A stretch of DNA of 33,471 nucleotides from Anaerolineales bacterium. Its GTDB lineage: Bacteria; Chloroflexota; Anaerolineae; Anaerolineales; Villigracilaceae. The notes under the pieces are model-generated. The model was not told the origin of the DNA. It made no database searches and was given only the letters and a program-made list of their open reading frames with translations. The stretch spans positions 1 to 33,471 of the forward strand of contig DASUOS010000201.1 in assembly GCA_036276515.1 (NCBI GenBank), written 5' to 3'. A program made the translations under genes and the position numbers. Positions within the stretch are counted from its first letter, which is position 1, and every line of letters begins with the position of its first letter. This document shows, piece after piece, positions 27,024 through 33,471 of the stretch.

Positions 27024-27134
27024 CCTGAAATGCACGACCGTATGATTGTTGCCACAGCGCTTGAATATCAGGCAACACTCATTACGGTTGATGAATCAAT
27101 TAGTGGATCCGGTACGGTAGAGGTTGTTTGGTAA
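27024..27134 (+). pseudogene. vapC: C-terminal remnant of a PIN-domain (VapC-like) toxin gene
   Basis: Translates PEMHDRMIVATALEYQATLITVDESISGSGTVEVVW*. There is an in-frame TGA at 26991-26993 and no intact N-terminus. Confidence 0.75.
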
Positions 27135-27246
27135 AAACTTCGCGGGGGAGATCCTGATTTCACTTGGCCAAGTGCTTGAAATTGTTACAGTCTCCGCCAA
27201 AGGGTAGCGAATATACGGGGGATTCTGGGTAGAATACAATCTTCAC

Positions 27247-27780
27247 ATGGCCATTACCATTCGCAAACTGCACCCCGATGAATCGGCCTTGTATCGCGCC
27301 ATCCGATTGCAATGCCTGAAGACGGAACCGGACCACTTTGGCTCGACGTATGAAGAGGAATCGAGTACTCCCCAATTGAAATTCGAATCGTGGATCAAGC
27401 AGGATGACCCGGATCACGTCATGTTCGGTGCATTCGACGAGGGACAGCTTATTGGCATTGTCGGTTTTGCGCGCCAGGAGAGGCAGAGAGCGCGTCACCG
27501 CGGGGAAGTGGTGCAGATGTATGTGGACGCTTCCCACCGCGGGCAGCGCGTCGGGGAGGGCCTGCTGCGCGGATTGCTGGACCAGGTATTCACGCTGGAA
27601 GGTGTCGAGCAGGTCCAGTTGAGCGTGGTGGCCCACAACCGGGCCGCGATCCGGCTTTATGAAAGGATCGGATTCCGGGCGTTTGGGGTCCAGCCGAACT
27701 ATTTCAAAGTGGGAGTTCACTATTTCGACCAGCAGTTTATGCAGCTATTGAAAGGCGATTTTTTGACTGAAAACCAGTGA
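27247..27780 (+). CDS. GNAT family N-acetyltransferase
   Basis: MYVDASHRGQRVG acetyl-CoA motif and NRAAIRLYERIGF. Confidence 0.92.
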   Translation: MAITIRKLHPDESALYRAIRLQCLKTEPDHFGSTYEEESSTPQLKFESWIKQDDPDHVMFGAFDEGQLIGIVGFARQERQRARHRGEVVQMYVDASHRGQRVGEGLLRGLLDQVFTLEGVEQVQLSVVAHNRAAIRLYERIGFRAFGVQPNYFKVGVHYFDQQFMQLLKGDFLTENQ

Positions 27781-27888
27781 CATTTGTTCATTACCGCCCG
27801 GGGGGAAAACATTAAGATGACGATACATCGTACCCAACCCGTTCATCAGGAGATGAGCGGGTGTCATCTTTCCAAGGAGGAAAATACT

Positions 27889-28668
27889 TTGAAACGTTTC
27901 CTGTCCCTGTCTCTTTTGCTGTCGATCGGGCTGCAGGCCTGTGTTGTTTTACCCGCTCCGGCTACAACTGCCACACCTGCGCCAACGGCTACCCCTTTAC
28001 CGACATCTACACCGCTGCCCACCGAGACGCCTACACGGGTCCCGACAGCCACCCGGGATAAAACAGCCACAGCCGTGGCTGAGTTAGCTCAGGTCTCTGA
28101 TTCCATCAGGAAGGAGCTGGATGACCTGCTTGGCGACACTGAGATCCCCTATGAGGATGGTCACCTGGCCTGGAAACAGGGCAAACCGCTCAGGGTCAGC
28201 CTGAAGGGACCAAGCTGGGACTACGTGGAGGTCGATCAGGACCTGGTCGAAAAGAATTTCATCCTGAAATCGGATGTGACCTGGGAGGCCTCCGGTATCA
28301 TTATTTGCGGAGTGATCTTCCGCTCGGAAGACGATATAGAAAAGGGGAAGCAGTATAAATTTTCCTATCTGCGCCTCTCCGGCCTGCCCGCCTGGGCGAT
28401 CGAAGTGTTCGAGTTTGGACAGTTCAGGAATTCGCCGACCAAGACCCAGTACTCCAATTCCATGAACCAGGGGAACGGGGCGACGAACCAGGTCGTGCTG
28501 GTGGCACAGGATGAGCAGTTCATGTTGTTTATCAACCGCGTCCGCCAGGGCCGCTATTATGACAACAGCAAGCAGCGCATGGACGGCGCCTTCGCCTTCC
28601 ACGGCGCACAGGACTCCGGTGAAGGCACCTGTGACTTCGAAAATTCCTGGGTGTGGGCCCTGGAATAA
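27889..28668 (+). CDS. Lipoprotein with a Pro/Thr-rich linker and a beta-rich (lectin/glycoside-hydrolase-like) domain
   Basis: AAGGAGG RBS then TTG 27889; MKRFLSLSLLLSIGLQAC lipobox; TATPAPTATPLPTSTPLPTETPT linker. Confidence 0.75.
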   Translation: MKRFLSLSLLLSIGLQACVVLPAPATTATPAPTATPLPTSTPLPTETPTRVPTATRDKTATAVAELAQVSDSIRKELDDLLGDTEIPYEDGHLAWKQGKPLRVSLKGPSWDYVEVDQDLVEKNFILKSDVTWEASGIIICGVIFRSEDDIEKGKQYKFSYLRLSGLPAWAIEVFEFGQFRNSPTKTQYSNSMNQGNGATNQVVLVAQDEQFMLFINRVRQGRYYDNSKQRMDGAFAFHGAQDSGEGTCDFENSWVWALE

Positions 28669-28688
28669 GTGGGGGAAGCCCACCCTTT

Positions 28689-28726
28689 AAGGCGGATGTG
28701 TCCCAGGACCATCCGTCTTTTGTTTT
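28689..28726 (+). terminator. Intrinsic terminator
   Basis: AAGGCGGATG...CATCCGTCTT stem followed by a T-rich tract. Confidence 0.65.
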
Positions 28727-28811
28727 GTCATGATGTGTTTTCAAAAAATTCGGAGTGTTTATGGTAGAATATTTAGAACATTTTTTCTGTTTCCAACGAG
28801 AGGAGAGTGTT

Positions 28812-29972
28812 ATGGGCAAAAAGGTAATGGTCTTCGTAGGAACGCAAAAGGGCGGCTTTATCTTTGACAGCGACGCCAAAAGAGAGCAGTGGCAGGTCAG
28901 TGACATTCATTTCAAAAGCTGGAACGTTATGCACATTCAAATGGATCCGCGCGACCAGCGCCTGCACGCCGCCACCAGTCATTTTGTCTACGGCCCCACC
29001 ACTCACTATTCGGATGACTTTGGGAAAACGTGGACCCAGGCGAAGCAGGTGCCTCTCCTGACGCGCTCCTCGAAGTCCGGGCGCCCGGCCAGCACGGTGG
29101 AAGAAGCGTTCCGCTCGGAAGGCGGCGAAAGTGTGAAGGAAATCCCCGAGAAGATGATCAAGGTCTGGAATATCAAGCCGGGACGTGAGAGCGAGCCCGG
29201 CGTTCTGTATGCCGGCGCCCAGCCCGCCAGCCTGTTCGTCTCGCGTGATCGCGGCGAGACCTGGACCCTGAACGAAAGCCTGTACGACCATCCCCAGCGC
29301 GGCGAGTGGAACCCCGGCGCCGGCGGCCTGACCCTGCATACCATTTTGCTCGACCCTGCCGATCTCAACCGGATGTATATTGCGGTCTCGGCCGCGGGCT
29401 GTTACCGTACCGACGACGGCGGCCAGACCTGGGCCCCGTATAACAAAAACGTACGCGCCGACTTCATGCCCAACAAGTTCCCGGAGTTCGGGCAGTGCGT
29501 GCACAAGATGGCGATGCATCCTTCCGCCCCGAATTTGCTCTACCAGCAGAATCACTGCGGTGTATATCGCAGTGATAATTTCGGCGAGGATTGGATCGAT
29601 ATCGGCGAAGGGCGCCTGCCCGCCCGGTTTGGTTTTCCGATCGCGGTCCATCCTACGGACCCGAAGACGGTCTACGTGGCGCTTGAGGAGAGCGACGAAT
29701 ACCGCATGAGCGTGGATGGGAAGTTCTCGGTCTGGCGCAGCCGGGATGCCGGCGAATCGTGGGATCGGCTGACGAAGGGCCTGCCCGACAAGGCGCACCT
29801 GGTCGTGCTGCGCGAAGCCATGGCCACCGACAGCTTCAAAGATGCCGGTATCTACGTCGGCACCAGCACCGGACAGCTTTTTTATAGCCGCAACTCCGGC
29901 GACACATGGGAGCTTATGGCCGACTTCCTGCCGCCCATCCAGTCGGTGGAAGCAGCGGTCGTCGAAGAATAA
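28812..29972 (+). CDS. BNR/Asp-box beta-propeller protein (exo-alpha-sialidase/Ycf48-like fold)
   Basis: Repeated Asp-boxes: SDDFGKTW, SRDRGETW, TDDGGQTW, SDNFGEDW, SRDAGESW, SRNSGDTW; AGGAG RBS before ATG 28812. Confidence 0.85.
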   Translation: MGKKVMVFVGTQKGGFIFDSDAKREQWQVSDIHFKSWNVMHIQMDPRDQRLHAATSHFVYGPTTHYSDDFGKTWTQAKQVPLLTRSSKSGRPASTVEEAFRSEGGESVKEIPEKMIKVWNIKPGRESEPGVLYAGAQPASLFVSRDRGETWTLNESLYDHPQRGEWNPGAGGLTLHTILLDPADLNRMYIAVSAAGCYRTDDGGQTWAPYNKNVRADFMPNKFPEFGQCVHKMAMHPSAPNLLYQQNHCGVYRSDNFGEDWIDIGEGRLPARFGFPIAVHPTDPKTVYVALEESDEYRMSVDGKFSVWRSRDAGESWDRLTKGLPDKAHLVVLREAMATDSFKDAGIYVGTSTGQLFYSRNSGDTWELMADFLPPIQSVEAAVVEE

Positions 29973-29992
29973 AACTGTATATTCAATAGTGT

Positions 29993-30026
29993 TCACCCCG
30001 GCTGCACGGCCGGGGTGACTTTTTTT
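29993..30026 (+). terminator. Intrinsic terminator
   Basis: TCACCCCGGC-tgcacg-GCCGGGGTGA followed by a T-run. Confidence 0.85.
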
Positions 30027-30075
30027 AAGTACTATCTTTTTCGTCCATGGAGGATAATATAGATAGAGAATTCTC

Positions 30076-30663
30076 ATGAAAGATCCATGCATGGATGATC
30101 GGATTGCCATTTCCCGTTTGAAGCAGGCTGATTTCAAGGCCCTGGAGATACTGGTACATCGCTACCAGGTGCAGGCTGTACAGGCCGCCTACCTGATCGT
30201 CCGTGACCGGGTACTGGCGGAGGATATTGCCCAGAATGCTTTCCTCAAGGCAGCGGAACACATCCACCAGTTCGATGAGGAGCGCCCATACGGGCCGTGG
30301 TTCTACAGGATCGTGGTCAACGACGCGGTCAAGCTCGCCAAAAAACAAAAGCGGACCGTGTCCCTTGACGAGCAGCTGGACGAGCGCGTGACCCAGACCG
30401 CTGCCTGGCTCCAGGATCCGTCGCTGCCGCCGGAACAACAGATCGAGCAGGCGGAGTTACGCACGGTCATCCTGGATGCAATGCAAACGCTCCTACCGGA
30501 ACAACGTGCTGTAATCGTCATGCGCTATTTCCTCGATATGAGCGAAGCGGACATGTCGGTCCGGATGGACCGGCCGCTGAGTACCATCAAATGGTGGCTG
30601 CGGGAGGCACGCAAACGCCTGCGCAGCCGGATGCGTGCCTCGCAGTTCGAAGATGGCAGCTAG
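30076..30663 (+). CDS. ECF-type sigma-70 factor (start may be 30091)
   Basis: AEDIAQNAF, PWFYRIVVN (region 2) and LPEQRAVIVMRY...STIKWWLREARKRLR (region 4). Confidence 0.92.
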   Translation: MKDPCMDDRIAISRLKQADFKALEILVHRYQVQAVQAAYLIVRDRVLAEDIAQNAFLKAAEHIHQFDEERPYGPWFYRIVVNDAVKLAKKQKRTVSLDEQLDERVTQTAAWLQDPSLPPEQQIEQAELRTVILDAMQTLLPEQRAVIVMRYFLDMSEADMSVRMDRPLSTIKWWLREARKRLRSRMRASQFEDGS

Positions 30664-30671
30664 GACCAACC

Positions 30672-31469
30672 ATGGAAAAGAAGCAGCTTAACTCCATTTT
30701 GCAGGACGCGGTGGAACATGAACTTCCATCTTCGCAGATCGATCTCCTGCCCGGCCTGAAGGAACGCCTCCTTGCGGGAACAAACCAACAAGGAGAAAAA
30801 ATGAATCGGATACGTTCACGGCGCATATCGCGCCTCGCACTGGCGGCCCTCGCCGCTGGCGCCTTACTGGCAGTTGCCTCCACCACCTCGCAGGGACGCG
30901 CCCTGGCTCAGGAAGTTTTACAATTTTTCAGGCGTGCCGACAGTTACGAGCGCCCGCTGCCTCCCGGCCAGGTGCCTGGCACGCCGGACCCCTCCGCTCC
31001 GACCGCCATGCCGCCAGCTCCGCTTGTGAGCATAGAGGAGGCCGAGTCCCTGGCCGGGTTCGATGCCAAGGAATTACCCACCGTGCCGCAGGGGTTTGAC
31101 TTCACCGGTGCCAGGGCTCAGGAGGGTGGGCTGACCATTGAATACAATGCCAAGGGCGGCGGTGGAGCGCTGATCATCAATGAGTCCGTCAAGGGTTTCA
31201 TGGAATCGGAATGGGACCAGGCTCCAGCCGAGTTCATTACCGCCGTCAAGGTCGGTGAGCTGAGTGCAGAGATCGTGCAGGGCTCCTACGTGGTGTATGC
31301 AGGTGAGACTACAGCCAAATGGAATCCCGATGCTCCCATCCTGCGCCTGCGCTGGATCGAGGATGGCATCTGGTTCGAGATGGCCAGGTTCGGCGGTGTG
31401 GAGACCATTGCCTATCTGGACCAGGCTGCTTTGATCGCACTGGCGGAAAGTCTGGTGAACGAGCCGTAG
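30672..31469 (+). CDS. Putative single-pass membrane anti-sigma factor (DUF4367-like extracytoplasmic domain)
   Basis: Directly follows the ECF gene. Short cytoplasmic N-domain, one TM segment, then SIEEAESLAGF and LRWIEDGIWF...LIALAESL. Confidence 0.7.
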   Translation: MEKKQLNSILQDAVEHELPSSQIDLLPGLKERLLAGTNQQGEKMNRIRSRRISRLALAALAAGALLAVASTTSQGRALAQEVLQFFRRADSYERPLPPGQVPGTPDPSAPTAMPPAPLVSIEEAESLAGFDAKELPTVPQGFDFTGARAQEGGLTIEYNAKGGGGALIINESVKGFMESEWDQAPAEFITAVKVGELSAEIVQGSYVVYAGETTAKWNPDAPILRLRWIEDGIWFEMARFGGVETIAYLDQAALIALAESLVNEP

Positions 31470-31506
31470 AAAAGTGACAGTCACCTGCCAGGTGACTGTC
31501 ACTTTT
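31470..31506. repeat. Perfect 18-bp inverted repeat (REP-like / bidirectional terminator)
   Basis: AAAAGTGACAGTCACCTG-c-CAGGTGACTGTCACTTTT between convergent genes. Confidence 0.85.
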
Positions 31507-31507
31507 T

Positions 31508-31981
31508 TTATTCGTTGATCGGCAGGTGCAGGTCGAGCGTAAAGGGCTGGTTGCCGCCCATTTCGGCGAGCGGACCGATGTGCTCCTCCAGCCACTGGTG
31601 CCGCCCATGGCGATACCTGCTGGACTCCATCCACTTGACCAGCTTCTGCCACGCGCCAGGGATGTCATCGCCCGGGTTCTTTACCTCCGTACGGGTCACC
31701 GCATACAGCCCGCCAGGGAAGTCGATGATGCGGGCCTCGCCATCCGCCTGCAGCGACTCATCCACGGTCAGCCAGACGTCATAGCCGTAGTTCGGAGAGC
31801 CGGGAGATGGATCCGGGTTGTTGTACCCGAACAGACGATGCGGTTCCTCCAGCAGGTTGTGTGCCTGCGCCCAGGCTTTCATCTTATCGAACGCGATCCC
31901 CTCCGGTCCCTCCCCAAAGCCATTGACACACGCCACCCGCATGGGGGGCAGGTTGACGATCCGAACACTCATGTCACTCAT
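31508..31981 (-). CDS. GyrI-like small-molecule-binding (AraC effector-binding) protein
   Basis: VRIVNLPPMRVA, FPGGLYAV, AWQKLVKW, LEE and DLHLPI. Confidence 0.88.
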   Translation of the reverse strand: MSDMSVRIVNLPPMRVACVNGFGEGPEGIAFDKMKAWAQAHNLLEEPHRLFGYNNPDPSPGSPNYGYDVWLTVDESLQADGEARIIDFPGGLYAVTRTEVKNPGDDIPGAWQKLVKWMESSRYRHGRHQWLEEHIGPLAEMGGNQPFTLDLHLPINE

Positions 31982-32052
31982 GTTTCCACTCCGTTTTTAT
32001 TTTGATCCCCCGCCGAAGACGGCGGGGATGTGTTGTCTTCGAAGACTGTCGT

Positions 32053-32102
32053 ATGGTAACACCCAGTACCTGACATCTCCTGTCAGGAATTTCGACTACA
32101 AT
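32053..32102. promoter_or_regulatory. Divergent promoters sharing a palindromic WYL-type operator
   Basis: CCTGACA-tctcc-TGTCAGG (32069-32087). Plus strand TGTCAG-N10-TACAAT; minus strand TGTCAG-N11-TACCAT. Confidence 0.7.
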
Positions 32103-32108
32103 AGATTC

Positions 32109-33080
32109 ATGCGCGCAGATCGATTGCTCTCCCTTTTGATGTTACTCCAGACCCGCGGGCAGATGTCGGCCCGGGAGCTTGCAGATGAGCTAGAGGTGTC
32201 TGAGCGGACCATCTATCGGGATATCACGGCCCTTTCCACTTCGGGCGTCCCGGTCTACGCCTCACGCGGACCCGGAGGCGGCGTGCGGCTGGTCGAAGAA
32301 TACCGCACCACACTGACAGGACTTACACCTGATGAGACACGCGCCCTGTTTACCATGAGTCTCCCGGCACCGCTGGCCCAGCTGGGCATGGGCGAGACGT
32401 TCAAGGGCGCCCTGCTCAAGCTGTCTGCATCCCTTCCCGACGCCCGCCGTGCAGATGAAGAACGCACCCGCCAGCGCATCCTGCTCGATTCCTCCTGGTG
32501 GTTCCAGTCTGAACAGGAAGTTCCGTGTCTGCAACCCCTTCAACAGGCATTGTTCGAAGACCGGCGGCTGCGCCTGCAGGTCCGCTGGGAGTTTTTCAAC
32601 ACAGAGCTCGAGCAGGAGGCCGAGCCGTACGGGCTGGTTGCCAAGGCGAACATCTGGTACCTGGTGTACGGCCGCAGTGGCGGTACGCATGTCCGGCAAG
32701 TCTCCCAGATTGCCAGGGCGGAGATCCTGCCCGAGGGGTTCACGCGCCCGCCCGGGTTCCAGCTTGAGGCGTTCTGGGAAAAATGGTGCCAGGAGTACGA
32801 GACCCGGCCTCCGTTCTGTGCGCGTATCCGGGTTGCCCCTGAAGCGCTGCCCCTGCTCGGGGAGTATGTAGGGGAACGGGCGAGGTCCGAGCTTTATAAA
32901 TCGCCTGTCCCCGACGAGGATGGCTGGGTGAGGCTTGACCTGCCGTTCGAATCCTTTGTCGCCGCCCGCACCCGGCTGTTGGGCCTTGGCCGCGCGGTGG
33001 AGGTGCTCGAGCCTGAGGCCCTGCGCAGGAGCCTGATCGACTTTGCCGCACAGATCATGGACTTTTATGGACGTATGTAA
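32109..33080 (+). CDS. YafY/PafC-type WYL transcriptional regulator
   Basis: MRADRLLSLLMLLQ, EVSERTIYRDI, EPYGLV, WYLV and EVLEPEALR; true start ATG 32109. Confidence 0.92.
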   Translation: MRADRLLSLLMLLQTRGQMSARELADELEVSERTIYRDITALSTSGVPVYASRGPGGGVRLVEEYRTTLTGLTPDETRALFTMSLPAPLAQLGMGETFKGALLKLSASLPDARRADEERTRQRILLDSSWWFQSEQEVPCLQPLQQALFEDRRLRLQVRWEFFNTELEQEAEPYGLVAKANIWYLVYGRSGGTHVRQVSQIARAEILPEGFTRPPGFQLEAFWEKWCQEYETRPPFCARIRVAPEALPLLGEYVGERARSELYKSPVPDEDGWVRLDLPFESFVAARTRLLGLGRAVEVLEPEALRRSLIDFAAQIMDFYGRM

Positions 33081-33126
33081 TTTGTAATTTGCCACCCTGC
33101 GCCGTACAATGAACCCGGAGGTGAAG

Positions 33127-33330
33127 ATGTCTCCAAATGACGATAATCCCGAGGAAATGAAAAAAGCCCAAAAGAAATACCTGTGGTTCGGGTACGGCAG
33201 TTATACGACCTACGGATTCTCGGACCCGGTCAACACCAACAATATGCGTGCCGCGCCGGACATCCTGGATAAGCTGTTCGAGCTGTTTGGCGTCAAAGAA
33301 AAGGAGCCGGAAGAGAAGAAGAATTATTAG
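33127..33330 (+). CDS. Small hypothetical protein (67 aa)
   Basis: GGAGGTG RBS before ATG 33127, TACAAT upstream and a hairpin downstream. Confidence 0.6.
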   Translation: MSPNDDNPEEMKKAQKKYLWFGYGSYTTYGFSDPVNTNNMRAAPDILDKLFELFGVKEKEPEEKKNY

Positions 33331-33335
33331 GAATA

Positions 33336-33369
33336 AAACTGCGAAGGCATCTTCAAGCCTTCGCAGTTT
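33336..33369. terminator. 13-bp inverted repeat (terminator/REP-like)
   Basis: AAACTGCGAAGGC-atcttcaa-GCCTTCGCAGTTT. Confidence 0.75.
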
Positions 33370-33371
33370 CT

Positions 33372-33471
33372 TTATTTTCGGATCCAGCTGTTGCCCTGCT
33401 GTTCATAGCCTCGGGCAGCAGCGTTCTTTTTCAGCCAGAAGATCTGCCGGACGTGGATAGGCGCCTGATCC
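33372..33471 (-). CDS. 3' end of an unknown gene running in from outside the window (partial)
   Basis: Open frame DQAPIHVRQIFWLKKNAAARGYEQQGNSWIRK* ends at TAA next to the hairpin. Confidence 0.45.
   Translation of the reverse strand, partial: DQAPIHVRQIFWLKKNAAARGYEQQGNSWIRK

Noticed and set aside
27778-27789. TGAC-attt-GTTC as a LexA box
   Set aside because: Two mismatches in one half-site, and it overlaps a stop codon.
27950-28075. Repetitive DNA in the lipoprotein gene
   Set aside because: Explained by the Pro/Thr/Ala linker with varied codons; a protein-level repeat.
28812-29972. BNR protein as the sialidase partner of the nonulosonate locus
   Set aside because: Asp-boxes indicate only the fold. 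No signal peptide or RIP-type sialidase motif was seen, and it is a separate transcription unit.
31818-32108. Upstream extensions in the ORF track (also at 3140, 9383, 11005, 15288, 22663, 25422, 27784, 28755 and 30591)
   Set aside because: They overlap other genes, promoters or repeats. Downstream starts fit the RBS or -10 signals and the family N-termini better.

Overview
Bacterial DNA, roughly 55-60% GC by eye. The gene content, Pro/Thr-rich lipoprotein and repeat families suggest Chloroflexota (Anaerolineales-like); this is inference. Positions 1-18.4 kb plus 22.7-24.3 kb form a large cell-surface glycan locus. It encodes two cytidylyltransferases (SpsF-like and a NeuA-HAD phosphatase fusion), a short NeuB synthase, a Gfo/Idh/MocA plus PtmA/ElaC-like SDR pair, GT-A and GT-B transferases, three GT-C-type membrane proteins, two sulfotransferases, a Sat-CysC PAPS synthase and a small DMT transporter. 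Together these point to a sulfated, nonulosonic-acid-containing glycan. The locus is interrupted by an orphan fused DppB-DppC permease and a WYL regulator with an ABM-like target gene. The right part holds a MerR (AdhR/NmlR-like) operon with two aldo-keto reductases, an unannotated VapC/PIN remnant, a GNAT, a lipoprotein, a BNR beta-propeller, an ECF sigma/anti-sigma pair and a second WYL regulator divergent from a GyrI-like gene. The most interesting non-coding signals are: (i) a TGACA-N5/6-TGTCA palindrome at both WYL loci, placed as TGTCxx-N10-TAnnnT like the PafBC 'sigma adaptation' promoter; (ii) degenerate 7- and 8-nt tandem arrays at gene junctions and in frame inside glycan genes; (iii) several REP-like palindromes; (iv) a strong internal RBS in the anti-sigma gene; (v) a structured leader before the lipoprotein gene. 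No CRISPR array, tRNA, rRNA or transposase was seen. All protein assignments come from motif recognition, not database searches.
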